A stretch of 64,000 nucleotides of DNA from Neodothiora populina (lineage: Eukaryota): the NCBI RefSeq assembly GCF_041146345.1, contig NW_027191413.1:2604001-2668000 (forward strand), given 5' to 3'. Position numbers and translations under genes: made by a program. Under the pieces are notes generated by a model. That model was not told the DNA's origin, did not search any database, and saw only the letters and a list, made by a program, of their open reading frames with translations. Positions 11,694-22,599 of this stretch are shown one piece after another; the stretch's first letter is position 1, and the number at the start of each line of letters is the position of its first letter.

Positions 11694-14600
11694 ATGAGCA
11701 AGTCCACACTCCTAGCATCTATCCCAGATGCTGCAATTCCATCTGCTGCTCCTCTCGAAGCTCTTTCAACGCTGCTCGACAGTGAAACGGGCACGTGGCC
11801 TACTTTTGATTTGCTTTGCTGTTATACGAGATTTTGGAAGCAATTGCCCGAGACCGCCAAAGCTGGCAAATCTTACGAGCATGCCGAATTGTTAGAACGT
11901 CTATCACATCAGATCAAAGCTACTTACAAAGGCATGCCTTCTTTGTTGCCCAATGCAGACTCGAGGAGTCCGGCAATAATCGACCCTACTGGACCAGGAA
12001 GACTAAGTCACAGAGACCTGACATCTTTCGTTCGCTCATTCAGTCTCCCTGTTCACAAAACACATGGATCGCGACCAGTGATAGCACTGGCTCTTCCTAA
12101 CGGTCCGTTAATTGGACTCGCTCTGTTAGCCGTGACCAGCTATTATGCTGCCGCACCTATGGCTATCGGTGCCGGAGGCGAACAGTTCAAGAGTGACATT
12201 CTCCAATCCGGTGCAAAGACCATTCTTGCAATTCGATCCGATATCACTCGACTTGGACTGGAAGAATCCTGGATACAGGAGAATGGCATCGAAGTCATTC
12301 TTCTCGAACAGAATGCCAACATGACATTTTCCATGTTCCGCATGGACAACAGCCCCGTTACCAAAACACAGCAACATGAGCCCAATGGACCCGACGACAT
12401 TGCGCTTATGCTCTTCACTAGTGGTACCTCTGGTACGAAGAAGAAGGTTCCTTACACCGTACACACTATGGTGGCGGGCATTGGATTCGTGATCGAGTCA
12501 TGGGGATTGACCCCTGAGGATGTCTGTATGAACATGATGCCTTTGTTCCACGTTGGTGGCATTATCAGAAATCTGTTTGCCCCCATCATGGCCGGAGGAT
12601 CTATGATCGCCTGCCCGAGCTTCGACCCTAACCTGTTCTGGGACGTTGTCGAGGATTGCCAGCCAACCTGGTACTATGCCTCCCCTTCCATGCACTCAGT
12701 CATCTTGGAAGAGGCGAAGAATCGACCCGAAGCACTCGAAAAGAGCAACATCCGTCTGATCTGCAATGCAGCTGGTGGCCTTCTGCCATCGCTGGCCATT
12801 ACGCTCCGTGATACATTCAGCTGTATCGTGTTGCCCAGCTATGGCATGACCGAGTGTATGCCGATCGCAAGTCCTCCTCTCGACTACAAGCTGGATCGTT
12901 CCGGAACATCCGGCATGAGTGTCGGACCTGAACTCGCCATCCTTGATGGTAATGACCGTGGCATGCCCACCAACCTGGTTGGTCGTATTGCAGTCAGAGG
13001 TGCCCCAGTCTTCGGTGGCTACCTCAAGGCCGATGACACGATTGATACTGCCTGTTTCCTAGATGGCGGCTGGTTCGACACTGGAGATATGGGTTACCTC
13101 GATGCCGACGGGTTCCTGTACGTGACGGGCAGAAGCAAAGAGGTCATCAACCGTGGTGGCGAATTGGTGTCACCTTTCGAGGTTGAGGAGGCACTCGTCA
13201 TTGCTGGAAGCCGAGAGGACTCACCTATATTCGGCCGTGTATCAGCTGCTCTGGCTTTCTCTATGCCCCACAAGGTCTTGCAAGAAGTGGTTGGAGTTGT
13301 GCTTGTAACGCCACCTGGCGCTAGGCGTGCCGATATCAAGACGGTGCACGCAGCCGTGGCAGGATCTCTGGAGCAGGCCAAGTGGCCTGCTTTCATTGTT
13401 TACATGGACGATCTCCCGAAGAACAACAACAAAGTCCTTCGTATTAAGCTGGCTGAACGTCTCGGCTTGCAAGAGATCACTGATGACAAGCCACTCGCCG
13501 AGCGACATTACGAAGCCATATGTCCTCCGAACAACACCGCCTTGAGCGTTCCAATTATAGGCTCGCCGTGTTCGTTTGATTACGACCATGTGTCCCGCAA
13601 AGTCTCTGAGGTTATGGGCGAAGATGTCGATGTTCATATCCGCATGGCTTCCCACGACAGTTATCCCGAAGCTTTCCTTGCTCCGCGAAAGAACTCCCTC
13701 TGGAACCCAAGCTCTGTCACTTTGCCTGTGTTTGACGAGGTCTTGCGCGAGCACCTCGATGGATACCTCATCCCGAGCAAGTTCCATTACATGGAGGATC
13801 CGTTGCCGCGTGATCATACAGGCTCTGTCGACAATTTGCAGCTCGAGGAGTTTGTCCGTAGCAACGACAACAGCGGCGCCATCGCCGGCGACTTGTCCCC
13901 TACCGAGCGTACTGTTGCCACAGTTTTCGTCAACATTCTGTCATGCGCAGCTGATGAGTTGAGTGCCGAGTCCGACTTTTTCAAGATGGGTGGAGACAGT
14001 CTGCGCGCTGGTCGCCTGCTATCTGAACTTCGTAAGGAGTTCAACATTCGACTCCCAATCAACATGCTCTTTGTGCACAGCTCTATCGGTGCGCTGGCCA
14101 GGAACATCGACGAGATGCGAGGTGATCGCGTTGACGAGAAGAACGGTAGCGGAACTGCGACCGAGGAGAGGCCTATGCAGCGAGGCTGTGAGAAGACATA
14201 CAGCTCGACCAACCCATTCCTGATGGTTCTTCAACTCTTCCCCATTGTCATCCTTTATCCTATGAAGCGAGCTCTCACTTGGACCATCTTCATGTACATG
14301 TTGACTGCGACCAAGGACTGGGTCACTACCGATACATTGGCAGGCCGTCTCTTCAACTTGATTCTCTCCCTTGGTATTGGCCGTATGGTCTCTAGGTGTA
14401 TCTTCCCTGTGGTCGGATTGGCGCTCAAGTGGATTATCATCGGCCAATATAAGGAAGGACTCCACCCCATGTGGGGACCTTATCACACCCGCTGGTGGAT
14501 GGTTGATAAGATTCTGACTGTCTGTGGCAGAGGTCACTTTGGTCTCACTGACATCACGACTATCTGGTACTACCGCCTGATGGGCGCCAAGATTGGCAAG

Positions 14601-16739
14601 AACGTCAAGATCAACCGCGCTGCGACCATTCGGGAGTTCGACCTCATCAATATCGAAGACGGTGCAAACCTTGACAAGTGTATCTGCAGAGGCTTCGCTG
14701 CTGAGCAGAACACAACCATGTTCCTTGGTAGAATCCGTGTTGGCAAGAACGCTAGTGTCGGACTGGCATCAATTGTTGCCCCAGGAACTGAATTGGCAGA
14801 TTCGATGTGCCTTGGTCCTAACTCGTCTAGCTGGGAGGCCCAGGAAGCTGCGGATGAATCCAATAGAGACCTTTCAAGCAGTAGGATCCCTGGAACGCAC
14901 AAGTTGCTCGAATTCCTCCTTATCCTTCCGATCTCTATGCTTGTCGTTTTCCTTCGCTCTGGTCCATGGATCGCAGGTCTTGTAGGACTTGTGAATGTTC
15001 AGCCTGAACCGTCGGTCGACCATGTCCGATCTATCATCGAGTGGTTCGCTCAGCCCCATCGTATTGGATATCACTACCTTGCTCTCATCCTCAATGCCTA
15101 CTTTGGTCCTATGGCCTGGTTCTTTGTCGTCTACTTGCTGAAGAAGATCCTCGATGCCAGCGTCGGAAGGCTGACGCCAGGACCTGCTGAAAGCAGAGGC
15201 AACTGGCAACGTTTCAGAATGGCTTTATTGAAGAAGATAATTCCCATGTCACAGTTCCACAAGCTCACTGAGATCTTTGGTACTCACTACGAGGTCACAT
15301 CTATCCTCTATCGTGCTCTTGGAGCTAAGATCGGCAATAGAGTTTACTGGCCTGGAACCGGTCCCACTGTCCAAGACTTCGACCTTCTCGAAATTGGCGA
15401 CAGCGTTGTCTTTGGCAGTCGTTCTCACCTAGTCACGTCTGACGGTACTGGCAGTGATTTCGTCAAGGTTAATAACAATGCTATGATCTCTGATCGTGTT
15501 GTCTTACTTCCTGGAGCTACGGTTGGCGAACGTACCGTTCTCGGAAGTGGTGCCTTGACCCGTCGTGACCGCCACTACGATTCCGATACCGTCTGGGTTG
15601 GTTCCAAGGCTGGTGAGGCAGTTTGCTTGACCTCTGGTACCCGTAGTCAGCGTAACGAGACAAGCAAACAGTCGAGCAACGAGAAGGACTACCCCAAGGT
15701 CACCACGGAGGGCCGACCGGATCTTACAGCCAACAGTTCCTCCACCACCTTGGCCGCAGGAAGAGACAGAGATATCATCACTGTGGCTTGGGAGTCCCAA
15801 GCCACTACTCCGAACATGTCCAGCAGGGTTTCTTTCGCCTCGGAGAAGGGCGCGGAGGTCGTCGTCGCATCTGACGAGCCGTCCGAGCCCAAGTCCTCAT
15901 CTCCATTCGGTCGCGCATTCTACGAAGGCAAAGCTGCCTACCGTGTGTGGGGAATGTGGACCATCTTCTTTTACTCGTCGTTCCTGACTATCTTCGTTTC
16001 GTTCTACTGGAACGTGGCGACGACGTCTTCCCTGCAAATCGTGGCAAGAGTAATCGAGTCAAACCACTACTGGGTGGCTGCTCATCACTCTTACCGCCCT
16101 CTCATGATTTACTGCCTGTTCTGCGCTTGCATTGCAGCTCTACACACGGCACAGGCTGTGGTCGCTATCGCTGCTCTAATTGGTGCCAAGTGGGCCATCA
16201 TGGGCAAGCGCACGGCTGGCAACTACGACTGGGACAAGAGCTCCTACAACCAGCGCTGGCAGCTGTACTTGGCTTGCGAGAAGCTGCGAAGACATTGCTA
16301 CGGAGGCGCCGGTATCCTCGGTCTTTTGACAGGCACTCATTACGTTGTCATGTACTTCCGCAGTCTCGGAGCCACCATCGGCAAGGATTGTGCCATCTTC
16401 TCGGGTGGTCTTCCTAGCTTGATGTTCACTGAGCCAGATCTTCTGACACTTGGAGACCGAGTCAACGTCGACGACGCTAGTCTGGTCAGTCACATCAACT
16501 CCAGAGGTGTCTTCAACCTCAACCCGCTTGTCGTGGGTGACAGGAGTGTCTTGAGATCTGGTTCGAGATTGCTTTCCGGAGCCAACATGGGCAACGATGC
16601 AGTCCTCCTCGAACACACTCTCGTTATGGCAGGTGACATCGTTGACGATGGTGCAACCTACCAAGGATGGCCAGGTGAAGAATTCGACGGGATCAGAGCT
16701 CCTATGAGCCAGAAGGCCGCGATGGCATCCAACATCTGA
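11694..16739 (+). CDS. Membrane-bound single-module NRPS-like polymer synthetase (A-T-TM/repeat x3; Pls / polymalate-synthetase type), 1681 aa, intronless
   Basis: First ATG 11694 (the ORF-track start at 11634 is TTG). A domain LFTSGTSGTKK, YGMTE, GWFDTGDMG, GRSKEVINRGGE, LPKNNNKV; carrier domain DFFKMGGDSL; three repeats YRLMGAKIGKNV / YRALGAKIGNRV / FRSLGATIGKDC, each preceded by hydrophobic helices; no canonical C, TE or R domain. Confidence 0.9.
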   Translation: MSKSTLLASIPDAAIPSAAPLEALSTLLDSETGTWPTFDLLCCYTRFWKQLPETAKAGKSYEHAELLERLSHQIKATYKGMPSLLPNADSRSPAIIDPTGPGRLSHRDLTSFVRSFSLPVHKTHGSRPVIALALPNGPLIGLALLAVTSYYAAAPMAIGAGGEQFKSDILQSGAKTILAIRSDITRLGLEESWIQENGIEVILLEQNANMTFSMFRMDNSPVTKTQQHEPNGPDDIALMLFTSGTSGTKKKVPYTVHTMVAGIGFVIESWGLTPEDVCMNMMPLFHVGGIIRNLFAPIMAGGSMIACPSFDPNLFWDVVEDCQPTWYYASPSMHSVILEEAKNRPEALEKSNIRLICNAAGGLLPSLAITLRDTFSCIVLPSYGMTECMPIASPPLDYKLDRSGTSGMSVGPELAILDGNDRGMPTNLVGRIAVRGAPVFGGYLKADDTIDTACFLDGGWFDTGDMGYLDADGFLYVTGRSKEVINRGGELVSPFEVEEALVIAGSREDSPIFGRVSAALAFSMPHKVLQEVVGVVLVTPPGARRADIKTVHAAVAGSLEQAKWPAFIVYMDDLPKNNNKVLRIKLAERLGLQEITDDKPLAERHYEAICPPNNTALSVPIIGSPCSFDYDHVSRKVSEVMGEDVDVHIRMASHDSYPEAFLAPRKNSLWNPSSVTLPVFDEVLREHLDGYLIPSKFHYMEDPLPRDHTGSVDNLQLEEFVRSNDNSGAIAGDLSPTERTVATVFVNILSCAADELSAESDFFKMGGDSLRAGRLLSELRKEFNIRLPINMLFVHSSIGALARNIDEMRGDRVDEKNGSGTATEERPMQRGCEKTYSSTNPFLMVLQLFPIVILYPMKRALTWTIFMYMLTATKDWVTTDTLAGRLFNLILSLGIGRMVSRCIFPVVGLALKWIIIGQYKEGLHPMWGPYHTRWWMVDKILTVCGRGHFGLTDITTIWYYRLMGAKIGKNVKINRAATIREFDLINIEDGANLDKCICRGFAAEQNTTMFLGRIRVGKNASVGLASIVAPGTELADSMCLGPNSSSWEAQEAADESNRDLSSSRIPGTHKLLEFLLILPISMLVVFLRSGPWIAGLVGLVNVQPEPSVDHVRSIIEWFAQPHRIGYHYLALILNAYFGPMAWFFVVYLLKKILDASVGRLTPGPAESRGNWQRFRMALLKKIIPMSQFHKLTEIFGTHYEVTSILYRALGAKIGNRVYWPGTGPTVQDFDLLEIGDSVVFGSRSHLVTSDGTGSDFVKVNNNAMISDRVVLLPGATVGERTVLGSGALTRRDRHYDSDTVWVGSKAGEAVCLTSGTRSQRNETSKQSSNEKDYPKVTTEGRPDLTANSSSTTLAAGRDRDIITVAWESQATTPNMSSRVSFASEKGAEVVVASDEPSEPKSSSPFGRAFYEGKAAYRVWGMWTIFFYSSFLTIFVSFYWNVATTSSLQIVARVIESNHYWVAAHHSYRPLMIYCLFCACIAALHTAQAVVAIAALIGAKWAIMGKRTAGNYDWDKSSYNQRWQLYLACEKLRRHCYGGAGILGLLTGTHYVVMYFRSLGATIGKDCAIFSGGLPSLMFTEPDLLTLGDRVNVDDASLVSHINSRGVFNLNPLVVGDRSVLRSGSRLLSGANMGNDAVLLEHTLVMAGDIVDDGATYQGWPGEEFDGIRAPMSQKAAMASNI

Positions 16740-18666
16740 GCGCAACCTTGGTTAGCTTGAATCCCACCGCGAACGGCTTGGGGGTTCAAGCGACCTGCTC
16801 ACTACTCCCTCATTCTAAATTCCCTCTCTATTTTCCTTTTCCAATTCCTTTTTTATTTGGCTTTATATACCCTCGTTGCGCAAAGGCAATATTATAATAT
16901 TACTAGATATGGGCGGTTAGAATTTCAGACGGGTGGTATTTGTTGGCTGGGGCTGGACAGTTTCGGATATCTTGATGATTATCGCACATGACGTCCTATG
17001 GTTTACCAATTATAGAGATGAATGACAACTTCTTAATCTCTCAAGTCGATGCCGATGATCCAGCGATGTGAAGCTGTAGTCTTTGGTATTGGGCACCATG
17101 TGCGTCTACTGTCGTGGTCACGTCGAGGTCAACAGGACCAAGTGGCGAATAACGACTGCCCGTGTATCAAGTCGTTCCATCGCTCTGATCTCATCTGCTT
17201 GGGCATCCAGAGCGTGTGTGCAGAAAAGTCATAGCGTATCGATTGAGAGGTGTAGTACAGTATGTGAGCTCAATGGGCGCTCTCGCTCGAAGACCGAACA
17301 GGTGCGTCCGGACGCCTCGGGATTTGCGGACAAATGCAAACTGCGCCTCTCGTCACGCCACCATTTCTATTCTCCGACTCCACGAATTGCATGAGAAGGA
17401 TGAAGGATTTGTACAATTAGCTTGCGACATAGATTGTACTCAGGCAGTAAATATTCAGTCGTGCTATAAGTGCTTTCACAAGGAGGGGACAGGCTTCTGG
17501 GTACTTAACTTGTGCGGATTATCGATAATTGTATCGTAGCTTTAGACTCTATATGAACGGTACCTGTGGCCCATTAATTGACTATGATAGATCTATTGCT
17601 AAACGGGAAGCTTTAGCAAACCGACAGACCGAAGAGGCGGGACTTGCATGATTTCGGTCAAGTGTGTCGGTATGGAGTGAAGCCGGCAGCGGCTTGGCAC
17701 GAAACAATCCCGCGACCCGATGCTCAGGGGAGATGAGATTGTTGTTGATTTCTAACCTGGTCGGCGTCCTGTTCCTGTCTGTGTGTCAACTGAACTCCTT
17801 TCGCCAATTTGCCTTTTCAATCTACATTTTTCCCTTCTGCTGCGACTGTCACCTCTGATTCACCTAGCAACACCCACCTGAGCACCTATACGACGGGGCA
17901 GCGAAACCTTGTTGAACAGGAAGCCACCATTGTTACATCACAGGCATACCTTGCTTGTAGCGCGACACTTCGGGTGCACCGGAGAGCACAGAGTCGAGAC
18001 TTGCACGCGACGTGTGTGTGTGGAATCGCTCGTGGAGTGCAGGTTCCTTGATCAACTGGAAGTGGTCGGCGCGATCGCAAACGGTAAGAACAAGCTTTTC
18101 CTTTTCTTTTCCAAGACGACAGCAAAAGTCAAGCACCGATCGAGGACCCAAACAGACAGGACATGACGCCGCGACTTGAATTGTTGTTGCAGCAATTGGT
18201 CACCAACAATGGCCTGTCTGTTGGATTATTTCATCTTCACTGGATTCATAAGTGGTCGCAACGACATGGGGAAACTCGAGCCGCGACAATCTCCTGTTAT
18301 TTGTTTTGCTAGGAGATAGCGGCCCGGCAGCCCGGGGCGTCACAGAAGGGAAAATGAACACGAGAGGCTCCCATTTCCATCCGGAAGGCGCGGAGGCGAA
18401 GCTTGCCGCCCGCAATCAATTTCGATCCTGTCCAGCCTCCATGTCATCATCATCATCACACTAATAACTCGAAACCCTTTTACCCTCTACAACATCTCAA
18501 TTTCGCTGTTGTTCTTCTCAGCGTCTTACTCGTCGTCTTCGCCTGTTTTTTCCTTCCAGCTCTGCCAGCGACTACCCATCCACCCACACACTCATACATA
18601 TCTTGTCCTCGCATACACTGATAACTAATCTTAATACTTAATTTATAGTCGTTGTATATCTAAGCC

Positions 18667-20673
18667 ATGCCGATACGCAACATCAATCCCTTCAGCTCCA
18701 ACTCTCCCACGCCGGCGACCTTCGATGTACTGAATGAAAAACAACCAATTCAACCCCAGAAGACGCCAGTGCAGAAGACCAACAACCGTCTCGCAAGTTT
18801 CTTCTCTACGCCAAAGTCATCGGCGACATTGCAGCCGGCGTCGACAAACACTTCCTCTTTCCGCCCTCCATCTCCCCAGGTCAACGGTGCAACTCTATCT
18901 CTTCCCACCATTAATCTGACGACTGCAACTGGTGAGAAGTCCAAGCAGCTCGAGAAATCCATGACTCTCTTCCAGCCTCCTTCGCCTGAGGAGGCTCGCC
19001 GCATTGCGAAAGCTCATGCAGCGTTCGGACCCATCGGCTCGCAAGAGCACCGCTACTCGAGTAGATACGTTGGCGGGAAGTTCCCGGAGTCGATCGAGGA
19101 CAGCCCTCCTTATTACTTCCTTCTCACCACATATATCAGTTACCTCATTCTAATCATCTTCGGCCATGTGAGGGATTTCTTTGGCAAGCGCTTCAAGCAG
19201 GAACAGTACAGCCACCTGCGCGCCAGAGATGGCTACGCTCCTCTCAACAGTGATTTCGATAACTTCTATACGCGAAGATTGCAGCTCAGGATCAACGATT
19301 GTTTCCGCCGCCCCGTCACTGGCGTTCCTGGCAGATTCATCACCCTCATCGACCGTGTCTCTGACGACTTTAACTTGAGCTTCCGTGCCACTGGTACCAC
19401 CACTGAGACCTTGAACATGAGCTCTTACAACTATCTGGGGTTTGCACAATCTGATGGAGAGTGCGCTGATGCCGTCGAATCCACCATCAAAAAGTATGGT
19501 GTCAGTTTCTCAAGCTCAAGAGGTGACGCAGGAACATCAGAGTTGCATCTCGAAGTCGAGGACATCATTTCCAAGTTTGTTGGCAAAGAATCCGCCATGA
19601 TCTTCTCCATGGGTTTCGGTACGAATGCAACTGCGTTCCCCGCATTGGTTGGCAAGGGCAGCCTGATCATTTCCGACGAACTGAACCATTCGTCCATTCG
19701 TTTCGGAGCGAGACTTTCTGGAGCTGTCATTGACATGTTCAAGCACAACAACATGGAAGATCTCGAGCGTGTCCTCAGAGAGAGAATTTCTCAAGGTCAA
19801 CCCCGCACTCACCGTCCCTGGAAGAAGATTCTGGTAGCTGTGGAGGGTCTGTACTCCATGGAGGGAACCTTGTGCAATCTTCCCGCTGTTGTCGCCCTCA
19901 AGAGAAAGTACAAGTTCAACCTCTTTGTTGACGAGGCCCACTCCATTGGTGCCCTGGGACCGCAAGGCAAGGGTGTGTGTGATTACTTTGGTGTTGATCC
20001 AGCTGAGATCGACATCCTTATGGGCACTTTCACCAAGTCTTTCGGCGCCAACGGTGGTTATCTTGCGGGCGACAAGGCTTTGATCGACAAACTCCGTGTT
20101 ACCAACGCTGGTACTCTGTTCGGTGAAGCACCATCTCCGCCCGTTCTCGTTCAAATTGCATCCTCTCTAAAGATCATCATCGGCGAACTTGTTCCGGGAC
20201 AGGGCCAGGAGCGTCTGGAACGTCTTGCTTTCAATTCGCGCTACCTCCGTCTCGGTCTTAAGCGTCTTGGTTTCATCGTCTACGGTCACGATGATTCGCC
20301 TATCGTTCCAGTCCTCCTCTACAACCCCGCCAAGATTCCCGCCTTTTCACATGAGATGCTGAAGCGCAAGATCGCTGTCGTCGTCGTTGGTTATCCTGCA
20401 ACTCCCCTTATTTCTTCTCGTGCACGCTTCTGCGTATCTTCAGCTCACACGAAGGACGATCTTGATCGTCTGCTTGCCGCTTGCGATCAGGCTGGCGAGA
20501 TCTTGCAGCTCAAGTTCTCTAGTGGTGTTGCTGGCGGCAAGGAACCTGCATCGAACTTGAAAGAGATCGAAGTCCGCGAAGACGCGAAGACATCGCCTGT
20601 CGTCCCTCCTCGATGGAGACTCGAGGATGTGATCAAGCGAGGTGTGCAGGACGCCAAAATGCCCTTGTTATAG
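18667..20673 (+). CDS. LCB2: Serine palmitoyltransferase catalytic subunit
   Basis: NMSSYNYLGFAQ, SDELNHSSIRFG, DEAHSIGA, PLP-lysine motif GTFTKSFGANGGY; 668 aa. Confidence 0.95.
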   Translation: MPIRNINPFSSNSPTPATFDVLNEKQPIQPQKTPVQKTNNRLASFFSTPKSSATLQPASTNTSSFRPPSPQVNGATLSLPTINLTTATGEKSKQLEKSMTLFQPPSPEEARRIAKAHAAFGPIGSQEHRYSSRYVGGKFPESIEDSPPYYFLLTTYISYLILIIFGHVRDFFGKRFKQEQYSHLRARDGYAPLNSDFDNFYTRRLQLRINDCFRRPVTGVPGRFITLIDRVSDDFNLSFRATGTTTETLNMSSYNYLGFAQSDGECADAVESTIKKYGVSFSSSRGDAGTSELHLEVEDIISKFVGKESAMIFSMGFGTNATAFPALVGKGSLIISDELNHSSIRFGARLSGAVIDMFKHNNMEDLERVLRERISQGQPRTHRPWKKILVAVEGLYSMEGTLCNLPAVVALKRKYKFNLFVDEAHSIGALGPQGKGVCDYFGVDPAEIDILMGTFTKSFGANGGYLAGDKALIDKLRVTNAGTLFGEAPSPPVLVQIASSLKIIIGELVPGQGQERLERLAFNSRYLRLGLKRLGFIVYGHDDSPIVPVLLYNPAKIPAFSHEMLKRKIAVVVVGYPATPLISSRARFCVSSAHTKDDLDRLLAACDQAGEILQLKFSSGVAGGKEPASNLKEIEVREDAKTSPVVPPRWRLEDVIKRGVQDAKMPLL

Positions 20674-21363
20674 GGTTCCTGGAAACCTTTGTCCTGAATG
20701 ATTTATGCTCTGCTTGTTTAAGAATGTTATTCGGGAGTTTCGGGAGTTACATGGGGCTACTTAATCAAGTCGCGATGTCTGGGGCATGTACACCCATGAA
20801 TGTGGGCTGGAGTTTTGGGAGGGTCATAGCAGGCTTATGGGGACTCCACATATATGCCTTGGTCGAAGCTCGTTATGTTTCTTTCTTCACTTTCTCAAGC
20901 AGGCGGTGAGCGCAATTCTTTCGCGTGCTGGTATGCATTTTCGCCAGCCGCAAGCCACCGAACACATCTTGTAATACCGGCAATGTCCAAATTTTGTACA
21001 AGCATGCTTTAATACCATGAATTTCTATCACCTACTATTGCATATCTTACTGTACAACTCACATGACGATCAATAGGTGGACACGTAATTGATCACGGAT
21101 TAGAGGGGACTAACCTCGAAGCTTCAGTACCGTGCATCACGGTCGGTGGGCAACGAGCATTAATGAAGTCATTGGGGTTCTAGCCTGATAAGTAATGTCA
21201 TTTATATATTACCTACCTTGGAGACAGTGCCACTGCCTATGAGGCCAGCAGGTACGGTATATATATGAGACACTGACCTACAAAATCTTTCGACACAACT
21301 TTGTGCTGTGATTGACTCGACTGCTGTCATCTGAGGTATATAGCTACTCACCTCATCTGCACA

Positions 21364-22599
21364 ATGGCGCTCTACAACAACTCAGTGCTCAATGTGACAA
21401 ACACAGCGACCCCAGATCCATATGTGATTCACGCAAATGACAACTATTTTCTAGTGAGTAGTACTGTATTTGACCTTCGGCAATTGTTACTGAGAAGTGG
21501 ACAGACCTTTACTGCCGGCGATAGAGTCGAGATCTGGTGCGCAGACAGTCTTCTGAATTTTAACGACCGATGTTCAAAGCATGTTGTGTGGTAAAGCTAG
21601 CCTCAGGCATCTAGATAGGTACCCAGTTCGGGAGCTGACACGTTCGTCATTATAGGCGTCCTCCACCAGACACAGACTACAGCAACGATGTCTGGGCTCC
21701 AGAGCTGCACAGGCTGCAGGGACGATGGTACATATATGTTGCAGCATGCAATCCACACAAGGGCAACAAGTCTCATCGAATGATCGTCCTCGGTGGACCA
21801 CCAGCTTACCAAGACCCCGTACAAGGGCCATGGGAGTTCTTAGGACCAATTCGAGACATGGATCAAAGGCAATGGGCCATCGACGGCACCGTCATCGAAC
21901 TCGATGGCCAGATGTACTTTGTCTACTCTGGCTGGCCGTTTGACAATCCGAACGAGTCAGATCTCATACAGAGGCTGTTCATCTTGCGATTAAGTGATCC
22001 AATCACCGCGAGCTCTCCAGCTGTTGAAATCTGTAGACCAGCTGAACCATTTGAGCGTACAGGCGATCATCATATCAACGAAGGTAATTTTCCCCCTCAT
22101 GTACGTTAGGTCCTCGTTGAGGAAACATGAAGTTAATCACTCCTGAGTAGGACCCCAATATCTGGCAAGCCCAGATGGCTCATGGAGGGGCATTGCCTAT
22201 AGCTGCTCGGGAAGCTGGACCAATGAATACAAAATGAATACATTACGGTTCCGTGGCGGTGATCCTCTGAACCCCGGAGCATGGGGGAAGAGCATGAATC
22301 CGCTCGTCCAAACCGGGACGAATGGCAATGGACCGTGGGGCCCTGGTCACGGTTCTTTCATGCATATCGGAGACGAAACCGTAGCTATCTATCACGCAAC
22401 AGACGGCCCCAGCGATGGCTGGAACAACAGAAAGGCAAGGATGCAGAGAGTTGTGTTCAATGATGGTGGACCTTTCATGGGAGGGGGCGTGGGTGTTCTG
22501 ACAGACGTGCATACTTTCATGGGTGCTGACCATGGCTCGGAATCACACAGCAGCAAGAAGCATGGCATTAAAGGTCTGCTTCACAAGTTGCTGGACTAG
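21364..22599 (+). CDS. Glycoside hydrolase family 43 (arabinofuranosidase/xylosidase-like), no signal peptide
   Basis: Motifs PDPYV, VWAPELH, WAIDGTV, INEGPQ, GPGHGSF, IYHA; introns ~21454-21504, 21591-21655, 22084-22150 with GT..AG ends. Confidence 0.87.

Noticed and set aside
12126..16745. Many 60-220 aa antisense or off-frame ORFs here and in LCB2, MAS2, GSY1, PRP45
   Set aside because: Shadows of codon-biased genes with no recognisable motifs
18441..18464. Short uORF (MSSSSSH*) upstream of LCB2
   Set aside because: Arises from a TCA microsatellite; TSS unknown, so it may lie outside the transcript
5415..22599. Secondary-metabolite cluster around the NRPS-like gene
   Set aside because: Immediate neighbours are ASE1 and LCB2; no transporter, tailoring enzyme or cluster regulator is adjacent
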